Position numbers and translations under genes: made by a program. Below are positions 52,271-61,854 of a DNA stretch of 64,000 bases, piece after piece. Every line of letters begins with the position of its first letter. Positions within the stretch are counted from its first letter, which is position 1. Origin of the DNA: Candidatus Omnitrophota bacterium. GTDB lineage: Bacteria > Omnitrophota > Gorgyraeia > Gygaellales > Profunditerraquicolaceae. The notes beneath the pieces are model-generated. The model was not told the origin of the DNA, did not search any database, and saw nothing but the letters and a program-made list of their open reading frames with translations. The stretch covers positions 451,244-515,243 of the forward strand of contig JBAZKC010000001.1 of assembly GCA_041651035.1 (NCBI GenBank), written 5' to 3'.

Positions 52271-54088
52271 ATGAATAAGCGAAAAACCCGGAGTTTAAAA
52301 TGTTTTTTAGTTTTAAGTTTTAGTTTCCTGCTTTTCGCTTTATACTTTGCGCCAACGTGTTTTGCTCAGCAAAGCGATGAGCTGGAATTTATATTAGATG
52401 CCGCCTCAAATACCATACCTTTACCCAGGATATTCAAACCCGGTATTGATTTAAGCGGCCGCGGATTTCATCGCGATACCGCCTGGCCGCAGACCATGGC
52501 GTCTAAGGAGGCCCTGGATAATTGGCAAAAGGATATCGGATTCGGCGGGATGTATCGCCTGCAGTATAGCCTTTGGGAGATAAGCCAGCTGGATAAGGAC
52601 AAGGATTCACAGAAAAAGCTGTTGGATAATTACGAGAGTATTATTAAGAACATAACCAACGCAGGCGGTGTAGTTATCCTGGATATATTCGGCACGCCCG
52701 CCAATCTCGGCAAGGTCTTGGATAAGAAAAGCCCTCCTAAGGACCTTAAGGCATTTAAGGAATTAGTAAAAAGGACGATCCGCTACTTAAGTTGTGATAA
52801 AAGATACAATATCTGGTATGAGGTGTGGAGCGCCCCTGATATTGATGATTTCTTCTTGGGCAGGAAACAGGAATACCTTCATCTATACCGCGCAGTCGCG
52901 GAAGGCGTAAATGAGCTTAAGTCTGAAACGAAGATACATATACCTATCGGCGGCCCGAGCGTAAGCTGGTGGTTCCAGAATCTTGACGGCAACACCATTA
53001 TCACCCCGGAGCGGAGCCTTATATATGAGCTAATCAAATTCTGCTATCATTATAACCTGCCTTTAGATTTTATCAGTTGGCACGGTTATTCCACCGACCC
53101 CGGAGTAGAAAAAGGCAGCACCATATACAATAAGGCTGTTGCCACTCTCATACGGGATTGGCTGACGTACTTCAGTTTTGACAGGAATACCCCTTTGATC
53201 GTGGATGAATGGAATTTTGACAGGGATGCCAATGTCTTAGCTGCCAGAGGGGAGCAATCCTTTATTTGCGCCAGCTATATCCCCAGCCGCATAAAAGGGA
53301 TGCAGGAAGCAGGTATTAACTATCAGCTTTATTTTTCTCTGGAGGACTTCCAGAATAACAAAGAAGGCGTAGTAAGGAATACCGGCATATTTTCTTTTGA
53401 CCCTGGATATTCGGCGTATAAGGGCGGCCCCAAGCCGATATACAATGTCTTTAAGATGCTCTCCAGGTTGGGGAACAGCCTGTTTATGTCAAAACTTAAT
53501 GATGAATTTATCGGTGTAATCGCCACTAAAGACTCCGACCGCGTTGTCATGATCGTTTTTAATTATATCGACCCGGACATCGTCGCTAACTTTTTAACCA
53601 GAAATATCGCCGATTTAAACGCTTCTGAAGCAAAGGCTTTATTAAATGTTATTAACTCCCGGCAGCTAGAGAAGATCTTGCTGCATCAATTGGACGTGTC
53701 TACTTTACGCGCCACCAACAAAGTCAAAACTTTATTAACGAAGGCCCGGGAATTAAATGATACGGCTAAAAAATTTGAGTCGAGCGCGCGGAATATAAAC
53801 ATCAAGATCAAAAACCTTAAAGGCGATTATCTCTATCAAAGATATGTTATAGATTCTTCCTGCGGCTTCAATTGTGAATTTGCCCCGGCCCAACAGAAAG
53901 AATTAAGCGCCGCCGATATTCAGCAGGAAGTGTTGTCCTTAAAACCTTATTCGGTCCACATGATCGTGCTGGAAAAGAAACCCGCAGTACCCGAAAATAC
54001 TAATCCTCCGGCAGGCACGGGGCCGGCTGCGGATACAGCCACTGCGCAGGCCAGCTCATCCGGGGCAGCCGATAATACTAAGAAGTAA
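52271..54088 (+). CDS. Secreted TIM-barrel glycoside-hydrolase-like protein (GH39/GH5-like) with a Pro/Ala/Thr-rich C-terminal tail. Start set at MNKRKTRSLK (signal peptide).
   Basis: Signal peptide; candidate catalytic Glu residues in YEVWSAPD and VDEWNFD. The family assignment is tentative. Confidence 0.45.
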   Translation: MNKRKTRSLKCFLVLSFSFLLFALYFAPTCFAQQSDELEFILDAASNTIPLPRIFKPGIDLSGRGFHRDTAWPQTMASKEALDNWQKDIGFGGMYRLQYSLWEISQLDKDKDSQKKLLDNYESIIKNITNAGGVVILDIFGTPANLGKVLDKKSPPKDLKAFKELVKRTIRYLSCDKRYNIWYEVWSAPDIDDFFLGRKQEYLHLYRAVAEGVNELKSETKIHIPIGGPSVSWWFQNLDGNTIITPERSLIYELIKFCYHYNLPLDFISWHGYSTDPGVEKGSTIYNKAVATLIRDWLTYFSFDRNTPLIVDEWNFDRDANVLAARGEQSFICASYIPSRIKGMQEAGINYQLYFSLEDFQNNKEGVVRNTGIFSFDPGYSAYKGGPKPIYNVFKMLSRLGNSLFMSKLNDEFIGVIATKDSDRVVMIVFNYIDPDIVANFLTRNIADLNASEAKALLNVINSRQLEKILLHQLDVSTLRATNKVKTLLTKARELNDTAKKFESSARNINIKIKNLKGDYLYQRYVIDSSCGFNCEFAPAQQKELSAADIQQEVLSLKPYSVHMIVLEKKPAVPENTNPPAGTGPAADTATAQASSSGAADNTKK

Positions 54089-55401
54089 TGCAGACGAAAA
54101 AAAATAGTTCTGCCAGGCACATCTATACGGTTTCCCAGATCACCCAAGACATCAAATTAATTCTGGAAAATAATTTTAATGATGTTTGGGTGGAGGGGGA
54201 GGTTTCGGGATTTACCAGAACCCCTAAAGGGATAATGTTTTTTTCTTTAAAAGACAGCGGCAGCCTTCTTAAATGCGTGATGTTCAATTCTTCCGCCGTG
54301 AATGTAAAATTCGAGATCAAGGACGGCATGAACCTGATCTGTTACGGGAAGGTCAGTGTTTATGAAAAAGACGGCAAATATCAATTATACGCGCAGCAGG
54401 TTGAGCCTAAAGGGATAGGCAGCCTTCAACTGGCCCTGGAACAGTTAAAAGAGAAACTGGAGAAAGAGGGCTTATTTGCCGTAGAGCATAAAAGGCCTAT
54501 ACCGTATCTGCCCTCTAAGATAGGAGTGGTTACTTCTTTGTCAGGCGCGGCTATCAAGGATATCTTAAAGGTCTTAGACAGGCGTTTTGCTGATGTGCAA
54601 ATCATCATTAATCCGGCTCAGGTACAGGGAGAGGCCGCCAAAGATGATATCTCCCGGGCTATAAAAGACTTCAATCTTTTTAATGAAACATTGCCCGGCC
54701 GCGAGCGCATAGAAGTGATGATCGTCGGCCGCGGCGGCGGCAGCATAGAAGATCTTTGGGCGTTCAATGAGGAAATAGTGGCCCGCGCGATATATAATTC
54801 CCAGATACCGGTAATTTCAGCCGTAGGGCACGAACGGGACTGGACCATCGCGGATCTGGTGGCTGATCTGCGCGCCCCGACTCCTTCTGTTGCCGCGGAA
54901 TTAGTCATCCCGAAAAAGGAAGACTTAAAAGAAAGATTGGATGGTTTATCCGGCGGGCTTAAAAGGTCTTTTTTAGATGCTCTCCGTAATTTCCAAGAGG
55001 CCGTAGATGATTTTAACCACCGCTTAAGTTTGAGCGCGCAGAATTTGTTAAAATTAAGCGCCAGCGAGTTTGCAGCCTGCCGAAAAAGGTTGATATTATT
55101 GAATCCTGTGGTCATGATCCAGCAGTATAAGGAAAAGATGCGGGATCTGGCCAGGCAGATCTATGTCCGCATGCAGCACTTTATGGAACTAAGGCGGGCA
55201 GCATTAACCTCGGATGTTGAGAAGCTGTCAGGGCTTTCTCCTTTAAATATCTTAAACCGCGGCTACAGCATCACGTTTAAATTGCCGGACGGGGCGGTCA
55301 TTAAAGACACCGGGTTTGTTAAAAAAGGCGATACTATTAAAACCAGGTTACATAAGGGGGAGATTTTGAGTCAGGTAATGGAGGTCCGTAAGAATGGCTG
55401 A
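54088..55401 (+). CDS. xseA: Exodeoxyribonuclease VII large subunit
   Basis: N-terminal OB fold plus the XseA catalytic domain. Confidence 0.9.
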   Translation: MQTKKNSSARHIYTVSQITQDIKLILENNFNDVWVEGEVSGFTRTPKGIMFFSLKDSGSLLKCVMFNSSAVNVKFEIKDGMNLICYGKVSVYEKDGKYQLYAQQVEPKGIGSLQLALEQLKEKLEKEGLFAVEHKRPIPYLPSKIGVVTSLSGAAIKDILKVLDRRFADVQIIINPAQVQGEAAKDDISRAIKDFNLFNETLPGRERIEVMIVGRGGGSIEDLWAFNEEIVARAIYNSQIPVISAVGHERDWTIADLVADLRAPTPSVAAELVIPKKEDLKERLDGLSGGLKRSFLDALRNFQEAVDDFNHRLSLSAQNLLKLSASEFAACRKRLILLNPVVMIQQYKEKMRDLARQIYVRMQHFMELRRAALTSDVEKLSGLSPLNILNRGYSITFKLPDGAVIKDTGFVKKGDTIKTRLHKGEILSQVMEVRKNG

Positions 55402-55509
55402 GATAAGATTTGAGGGCGCTGGTGCGACGGATAAGGAGCACCGTTTAGCGCGCCTGCCGAGATGTGAGGCAGGCAGGCGACGAGAATTTTATTTGAGGAG
55501 GGATATTTT

Positions 55510-55746
55510 ATGGCTGAGATAAAATTCGAGGAGGCGCTTAAGAAGCTTGAGAAGATCGTAGAAGACCTGGAACAAGGGGATATGTCTTTGGATGAGGCGT
55601 TAAAAAAATACCAGGAGGGCATTGAGCTCTCGCGCGTATGCAACCAAAGATTAGAGAGCGCTAAGAAGAAAATAGATATCCTGGTAAAGAACAAAAAAGG
55701 CGAATTCGAGTTAAAACCGGGCGAGGAAACAAGAGCGCAAGATTAA
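55510..55746 (+). CDS. xseB: Exodeoxyribonuclease VII small subunit
   Basis: FEEALKKLEKIVEDLEQGDMSLDEALKKYQEG. Confidence 0.9.
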   Translation: MAEIKFEEALKKLEKIVEDLEQGDMSLDEALKKYQEGIELSRVCNQRLESAKKKIDILVKNKKGEFELKPGEETRAQD

Positions 55747-57623
55747 TGTTATTAGAAGCAATAAACTCACCGCGGGATCTAAAGAAGCTTGCTCCTGAGC
55801 AGCTGCCGGAGCTTGCCGCAGAGATCCGGCAAAGGATTGTCGAGGTCGTTTCTCTTACGGGGGGGCATCTGGCGTCAAGTTTGGGCGCGGTAGAATTAAT
55901 CATCGCGTTACATTATTGCCTGGATACGCCGCGCGATAAAATAATTTTTGATGTAGGGCATCAGGCCTACGCGCATAAGATACTGACCGGCAGAAACAAT
56001 GATTTTTCTACTCTGCGCCAGTATCAAGGTTTAAGCGGGTTCCCCTCTAAGGATGAATCTGCCTACGATGTGTTTACCACAGGGCACAGTTCAAGCGCGG
56101 TATCTTTAGCTTTAGGACTTGCCTGCGCCAGAGATTATAATTTAGCCGGTAGCCCGTATTATAAAGTAGTAGCAGTAATCGGAGACGGCTCTTTAAGCGG
56201 CGGCCTGTGTTTTGAAGGGCTGAATAATGCCGGGCATCTTAAGAAGGATATGCTGGTAGTCTTAAATACTAACGAATTGAGCATAGCTCCTAATGTGGGT
56301 GCCTTAAGCACCTATCTGAATAAGATCATATCCCTTCCCATATATAACCGCTTTAGGGGTTCTCTGGAAAGTTTTGTGAAATCGCGCCTGCCCAAGGGCA
56401 GCCGTATCATAAAGCTCGCCAACAAGTTTGAAGAGGGGCTAAAAGGATTATTTGTCCCGGGTATGCTATTTGAGGAGTTAGGATTCCGTTATTTTGGGCC
56501 TTTCGACGGACACGATACAGGTGTTTTAATCAAAACGCTGAAAAACATCAGCAACGTTAAAGGGCCGGTATTGCTTCATGTGGTTACCAAAAAAGGCAAG
56601 GGGTATCTTCCGGCAGAAAACAATCCCGTCAGATTCCATGGCACCGGGCCGTTTGATATCAAGACAGGCGTAAGTTTATCTGAGAAGCAGGCTTCCTCCC
56701 CAAGGAGTTACACGGAAATATTCAGTAATAAATTATTGGAATTAGCAAAACTTGATAAAAAGATCATCGCCATAACCGCCGCCATGCCGGAAGGCACGGG
56801 CTTAGATCGGTTTCGCGACCTGTATCCCGAGAGATTTTTTGATGTAGGTATCGCGGAGGGCCACGCGGTATGCATGGCCTGCGGATTGGCTAGGGAGGGA
56901 TTTAAACCGGTTGTGGCGGTATACTCTACATTCTTGCAAAGGGCTTACGACCAGATAATTGAGGACACAGCCTTGCAAAATGCGGCGGTTATCTTTGCTA
57001 TTGACCGCGCGGGCATAGCAGGAGAAGATGGAGTAACCCATCAAGGTATTTTTGATATCGCTTTTTTAAGAAGCATCCCCAACCTGATTATCCTGGCGCC
57101 AAAAGACGGACAGGAATTAGAAGATATGCTTGAATTCTCTGTAGGCCTGGGCAGGCCTGTAGTAATAAGATACCCCAAGGCTTCGGCATCTTCAGTTAGT
57201 ATCCATCAATCTCCGGCAACAGAAATTAAACTGGGGAAAGCCGAGGTTTTAAAAGAAGGAAAGGATTTTGCCGTAATCGCGTTAGGCAGTATGGTGGGGC
57301 CGTCTCTGGAAGCGATAGAATTATTAGAAAAGGACGGTTTGTCAGGCACCCTGGTTAACGCGCGTTTTGTAAAACCCCTGGATATAGATCTGTTTAAGGA
57401 TATAAGTGCCAAGGCAAAGTTTATTTTTTCCGTTGAAGAAGGAATCTTAGACGGTGGCTTTGGCAGCGCGGTGCAGGAAACCGCGGGCCGGTCGGTAATA
57501 AGAATAGGCTTACCTTCCGAATTTATAACCCATGCCAAAAGGGATATTTTATTGGAGAAATACGGATTAACAAAAGAAGGTATCGCGCTGCGCATCAAGG
57601 GGCTTGTAAGGCAAAATGGCTAA
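55746..57623 (+). CDS. dxs: 1-deoxy-D-xylulose-5-phosphate synthase
   Basis: TPP-binding GDGSL...N motif and transketolase-like domains. Confidence 0.95.
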   Translation: MLLEAINSPRDLKKLAPEQLPELAAEIRQRIVEVVSLTGGHLASSLGAVELIIALHYCLDTPRDKIIFDVGHQAYAHKILTGRNNDFSTLRQYQGLSGFPSKDESAYDVFTTGHSSSAVSLALGLACARDYNLAGSPYYKVVAVIGDGSLSGGLCFEGLNNAGHLKKDMLVVLNTNELSIAPNVGALSTYLNKIISLPIYNRFRGSLESFVKSRLPKGSRIIKLANKFEEGLKGLFVPGMLFEELGFRYFGPFDGHDTGVLIKTLKNISNVKGPVLLHVVTKKGKGYLPAENNPVRFHGTGPFDIKTGVSLSEKQASSPRSYTEIFSNKLLELAKLDKKIIAITAAMPEGTGLDRFRDLYPERFFDVGIAEGHAVCMACGLAREGFKPVVAVYSTFLQRAYDQIIEDTALQNAAVIFAIDRAGIAGEDGVTHQGIFDIAFLRSIPNLIILAPKDGQELEDMLEFSVGLGRPVVIRYPKASASSVSIHQSPATEIKLGKAEVLKEGKDFAVIALGSMVGPSLEAIELLEKDGLSGTLVNARFVKPLDIDLFKDISAKAKFIFSVEEGILDGGFGSAVQETAGRSVIRIGLPSEFITHAKRDILLEKYGLTKEGIALRIKGLVRQNG

Positions 57624-57855
57624 AATAACTATTGATAGAGAGAAATGCAAAGGCTGCCTTTTGTGTATCAGCGTTTGTCCGCGGGGATTAATTTGTCTGG
57701 ATAGTAAATTAAACCGGAAAGGGATAAGGCCTGTAAAGTTTTCTTCCCAGAGTGGCTCCGCAGCGGCAGGAGAAGCAAAGGCAGATCGTGGATGTCTCGC
57801 TTGTTCAATGTGCGCGGTTATTTGTCCGGATTGTTGTATTGAGGTGTGGAAGTGA
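57616..57855 (+). CDS. 2-oxoacid:ferredoxin oxidoreductase delta subunit (2x[4Fe-4S] ferredoxin)
   Basis: Two CxxCxxCxxxCP motifs. Confidence 0.8.
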   Translation: MAKITIDREKCKGCLLCISVCPRGLICLDSKLNRKGIRPVKFSSQSGSAAAGEAKADRGCLACSMCAVICPDCCIEVWK

Positions 57856-58922
57856 AAAAAACTAAAAAAGTTTTAATGATCGGCAATGAAGCAATAGCTG
57901 AGGGAGCCTTGCAGGCAGGCTGTCGTTTTTACTCCGGTTACCCGATCACTCCCCAGAATGAATTGCCCGCCTACATGGCAAAACACATGCCCGAGGCCGG
58001 CGGGATATTTATTCAGGCAGAGTCTGAACTGTCCGCTATAAATATGGTATTCGGGGCAGCCGCCGCAGGAGCAATGGCGATGACTTCATCTTCAAGCCCG
58101 GGAATAAGCCTTAAACAGGAAGGCATCTCTTATATTGCCGGAGCGGAATTACCCGCGGTGATCGTAAATGTGATGCGCGGCGGCCCTGGTTTAGGCAATA
58201 TCTGGCCGGCGCAGTCCGATTATTTTCAGGCTACACGCAGCGGCGGGCACGGGGATTACCACTTGATAGTTTTAGCGCCCGCTTCGGTGCAGGAATCGTA
58301 TGATATTATGTTTACCGCTTTCAACCTGGCGGATAAATATCGGATTCCCGTAATGATACTGGCCGACGGAATGCTTGGCCAGATGATGGAACCTGTTATA
58401 GCCCGGAGCCAGAAGCCCGGGGTTAAGAAATTACCAGCTAAGCCGTGGACGTTGACAGGCTGCAAAGGAAGAAACCCTAATATAGTGAAATCATTTTATA
58501 TGGCCTTAGGGGACTTAGAAAAATTTAACCTTGCTTTACAGAAGGAATACAAAGTTATACGGCAGGAAGAACAGCGCTGGGAAAGTTTCTTTTTAGATGA
58601 CGCCGAGGTTGTCCTGGTTGCTTATGGCACGATGGCAAGAATAGTTAAAACCGCGGTAAATAAATTAAGGGCAAACGCTAAGAAAGTAGGCCTTATCCGC
58701 CCCATAACTTTATGGCCGTTCCCCGAAGCCGTATTTAAAAGACTGGCAGCCAGCGGCCGGCGGCTTAAGTTTTTAGTCATAGAGATGTCTTACGGGCAGA
58801 TGCTGGAAGACGTGAAATTGGCGTCTGGCTGTAAATTACCGGTTGAATTTTTGGGGCGTTCCGGAGGCGGGATACCGGCGGAAACAGAGATAATCAGGAA
58901 AATAAATTCATTATTAAAGTAA
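57846..58922 (+). CDS. 2-oxoacid:ferredoxin oxidoreductase alpha subunit
   Basis: POR/KOR domain I and II motifs. Confidence 0.85.
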   Translation: MEVKKTKKVLMIGNEAIAEGALQAGCRFYSGYPITPQNELPAYMAKHMPEAGGIFIQAESELSAINMVFGAAAAGAMAMTSSSSPGISLKQEGISYIAGAELPAVIVNVMRGGPGLGNIWPAQSDYFQATRSGGHGDYHLIVLAPASVQESYDIMFTAFNLADKYRIPVMILADGMLGQMMEPVIARSQKPGVKKLPAKPWTLTGCKGRNPNIVKSFYMALGDLEKFNLALQKEYKVIRQEEQRWESFFLDDAEVVLVAYGTMARIVKTAVNKLRANAKKVGLIRPITLWPFPEAVFKRLAASGRRLKFLVIEMSYGQMLEDVKLASGCKLPVEFLGRSGGGIPAETEIIRKINSLLK

Positions 58923-58924
58923 AT

Positions 58925-59650
58925 ATGAAGAAAATACACGGGCATCCAAGATCATTAAGGCAGGTATCCACACATTACTGCCCTGGTTGCGGCCATGGCA
59001 TAGCGCACAGGCTTATCGCTGAGGTGGTCGATGAATTAGGCATCAGGGAGCGCGTTATCGGAATTGCCCCTGTCGGATGTGCCGTGATCGCCTACGACTA
59101 TTGGGATTTTGATTGTTCTGAAGCAGCCCACGGCAGGGCCTTGGCTGTGGCAACGGCAATAAAAAGAGTAAGACCGGAGAATATTGTTTTTACCTATCAG
59201 GGAGACGGAGATCTGGCTGCTATAGGCACAAATGAAACAATACATGCCGCTAACCGGGGAGAAAATCTTACCGTGGTATTTATAAATAACGCGATTTACG
59301 GCATGACCGGAGGGCAGATGGCGCCTACGACGTTGTTGGGCCAGAAGACCGCTACTACGCCTGAAGGCAGGGACAAATCGCAGGGCTGGCCATTAAAGAT
59401 CTCGGAGATGCTGGCGTTGTTATCCGGCGTAAAATATATTGAACGCACATCTTTACATTCTCCAGGCGACATTATAAATACTAAAAGGGCCATAAAACAG
59501 GCATTCCAGAATCAGATAGACGGGGTAGGGTTCTCTCTGGTAGAGGTACTGTCGCCTTGCCCGACTTATTGGGGCTTGAGCCCCCTGGATGCGCTTAAAT
59601 GGGTTAAGGACGCGATGAGTAAAGAGTTTCCAATAGGAAGAATAAAATAA
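58925..59650 (+). CDS. 2-oxoacid:ferredoxin oxidoreductase beta subunit (TPP-binding)
   Basis: TPP motif GDGD...N; Cys ligands. Confidence 0.85.
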   Translation: MKKIHGHPRSLRQVSTHYCPGCGHGIAHRLIAEVVDELGIRERVIGIAPVGCAVIAYDYWDFDCSEAAHGRALAVATAIKRVRPENIVFTYQGDGDLAAIGTNETIHAANRGENLTVVFINNAIYGMTGGQMAPTTLLGQKTATTPEGRDKSQGWPLKISEMLALLSGVKYIERTSLHSPGDIINTKRAIKQAFQNQIDGVGFSLVEVLSPCPTYWGLSPLDALKWVKDAMSKEFPIGRIK

Positions 59651-59673
59651 TCGTAAGCCAAAAGGCTAAACCA

Positions 59674-60204
59674 ATGATAGAACATATAATTATTGCCGGT
59701 TCCGGCGGGCAGGGAGTAATGCTTCTAGGCAAGATCCTGGCGGAAGCGGCGATGAGAGAAGGTAAATTCGTAACCTGGCTTCCTTCTTACGGGGCAGAGG
59801 TGCGCGGCGGGACCAGCCATAGCATGGTAATAATTTCTGACGCGCAGATAGGTTCGCCCTTTGTGGAAAGAGCGGATTCCTTGATCATTATGAACGCGCC
59901 TTCTTTAGAGAAATTTAAGGGTAGGCTTGCTTACAAGGGCCTGCTGGTTATTAATAGTTCTTTAGCTCCCCGGTACGCGAATAAGAATGCGCGCCTGGCG
60001 CAGCATCCTTTTACCGACATAGCAATAAAACTCGGTAATATCAAAGTAGCCAATATGGCAGCTTTGGGTTGTTTTGTAGCGCATAAAAAAATCGTGGGCC
60101 TAAAAACTATTTCCAGGATCATTTCGGATATCGCTCCGAAAGATAAACAATATCTTATTGAGATTAATAAGAAAGCTTTGGAAGAAGGAGCAAAATTAAT
60201 ATGA
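59674..60204 (+). CDS. 2-oxoacid:ferredoxin oxidoreductase gamma subunit
   Basis: POR gamma fold. The delta-alpha-beta-gamma order resembles korDABG. Confidence 0.8.
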   Translation: MIEHIIIAGSGGQGVMLLGKILAEAAMREGKFVTWLPSYGAEVRGGTSHSMVIISDAQIGSPFVERADSLIIMNAPSLEKFKGRLAYKGLLVINSSLAPRYANKNARLAQHPFTDIAIKLGNIKVANMAALGCFVAHKKIVGLKTISRIISDIAPKDKQYLIEINKKALEEGAKLI

Positions 60205-61502
60205 TCAGGGTTCGTTTCGCCCCTTCACCAACAGGGAATCTACATATCGGCGGCGCGCGCACCGCGTTGTTTAACTGGCTTTACGCTAAAGCAAAAAAGG
60301 GCAAATTTATCTTAAGGATAGAAGATACGGATAAGGTGCGCTCAAAGAAAGAATACCTGGATGAGATACTGTATAGCCTTAAGTGGCTCGGCTTTGATTG
60401 GGATGAGGTTTATTATCAGGGCCAGAGGTTTGATATCTATAGGGAACATGCCGAGAGATTGTTAAAAACCGGAGCGGCATATACAGAGAAATTGCAGGAT
60501 TCATCATCTTGTGCCATTATATTTAAAGTTATCCCTCAGAAGATCAAGATAAATGATTTGATCCGCGGGGAAATTGAGTTTGACGCGCAGGACATCAAAG
60601 ATCAGGTGCTTATAAAGTCCGACGGCAGCCCCGCGTACAATTTTGCCTGCGTGGTGGATGATGCCGCTATGAATATAACCCATGTCATAAGAGGCGATGA
60701 TCATATCTCTAATACTCCCAAGCAGGTCCTTTTATATAAGGCGTTGGGTTATCCCGTGCCTGAATTCGCGCACCTGCCTTTGATATTGGGGAAAGAAGGC
60801 GGCAGGCTTTCTAAAAGGACAGGAGCTACTGCCATCAGCGATTACCGCAAAATGGGTTATCTGCCGGAGGCGCTGGTTAACTATCTTTTGCTTTTGGGTT
60901 GGTCCCCAGGAGGAAACCGCGAAGTAATCGATATTAAGGAAGCGATTAAATTATTCGATATTAAAGACGCCAATAAAACCGCGGCTACTTTTGATCTGGA
61001 TAAGTTAAACTGGTTCAACAACCAGTATCTTAAGAAAGAAGACGCGCAAACCTTAGCTGATACCGTTATTCCCATCTTAATAGACAAAAAATATATCCCC
61101 GCGGATAATTTTGATAGAAATTATATAATTTCTTTAGTAAAATTATTCCAGGGCCGCCTGACTACATTAAATGATTTCGCGGACTGGGCGGATTTCTTTT
61201 TCCTTCAGGAGATTAAAATAGACCCGAAGGCAGAAGAAAAGTTTTTATCAAAAGACCTATCCAGGGAGTTCGCGCTTTTTTGCCAGAGGTTAGATGCTTT
61301 GGATAAGTTCGATATAGCCAGCACTGAAGCCGCCTTCCGGGAGATGGTTAAAGAGCTGGATATCGAAGCTAAAACCCTGATACATCCCATTCGCGTAGCC
61401 CTTACCGGCAAGACTATCGGCCCGGGGCTATTTGAGGTAATATACTATTTGGGCAAGGAGCGCACCAAGGAAAGGCTCAGCAAGTTTATAAAAAAGGAGT
61501 AG
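60201..61502 (+). CDS. gltX: Glutamate--tRNA ligase (short form, 433 aa)
   Basis: HIGH region PSPTGNLHIGGA and KMSKS-like RLSKR. Confidence 0.9.
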   Translation: MIRVRFAPSPTGNLHIGGARTALFNWLYAKAKKGKFILRIEDTDKVRSKKEYLDEILYSLKWLGFDWDEVYYQGQRFDIYREHAERLLKTGAAYTEKLQDSSSCAIIFKVIPQKIKINDLIRGEIEFDAQDIKDQVLIKSDGSPAYNFACVVDDAAMNITHVIRGDDHISNTPKQVLLYKALGYPVPEFAHLPLILGKEGGRLSKRTGATAISDYRKMGYLPEALVNYLLLLGWSPGGNREVIDIKEAIKLFDIKDANKTAATFDLDKLNWFNNQYLKKEDAQTLADTVIPILIDKKYIPADNFDRNYIISLVKLFQGRLTTLNDFADWADFFFLQEIKIDPKAEEKFLSKDLSREFALFCQRLDALDKFDIASTEAAFREMVKELDIEAKTLIHPIRVALTGKTIGPGLFEVIYYLGKERTKERLSKFIKKE

Positions 61503-61504
61503 GC

Positions 61505-61684
61505 ATGGCCAAAAGGATAAGTTTTTGTTGTTTAGCTGTTTTATTATGTGCCGTAATTCTCACCGGATGCGAGACCTGTAAAGGGGTTGCTAAAGGCGTA
61601 TCCGAAGGAGTGGCCAAGGATACCCAGAGCACAGGCAATGTATTGCTTAGTGTCGATGATTGGATAAGAAGAAACCTCTGGTAA
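61505..61684 (+). CDS. Small lipoprotein (59 aa), entericidin-like
   Basis: MAKRISFCCLAVLLCAVILTGC with an LTGC lipobox, then ETCKGVAKGVSEGVAKDTQSTGN. GGAG lies 5 nt upstream of the ATG. It is absent from the ORF track because it is under 60 aa. Confidence 0.5.
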   Translation: MAKRISFCCLAVLLCAVILTGCETCKGVAKGVSEGVAKDTQSTGNVLLSVDDWIRRNLW

Positions 61685-61689
61685 ATTTT

Positions 61690-61764
61690 TGCCCTGTCGT
61701 CTAATCGGTAGGACTTCAGATTCTGGATCTGACTATCATGGTTCGATTCCATGCGGGGCAGCCA
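61690..61764 (+). tRNA. tRNA-Gln (anticodon CTG), CCA encoded
   Basis: U1-A72 acceptor TGCCCTG/CGGGGCA; anticodon loop TTCTGGA; T-arm CATGGTTCGATTCCATG. Confidence 0.8.
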
Positions 61765-61854
61765 ATAGGGGTCAGGGTTATTTTTTAATCGCCTTAGCTT
61801 TAAAAAACGACCTGGCCCTATTTTTCTGTATATATGTGAAACTGGGGAGGGTTT

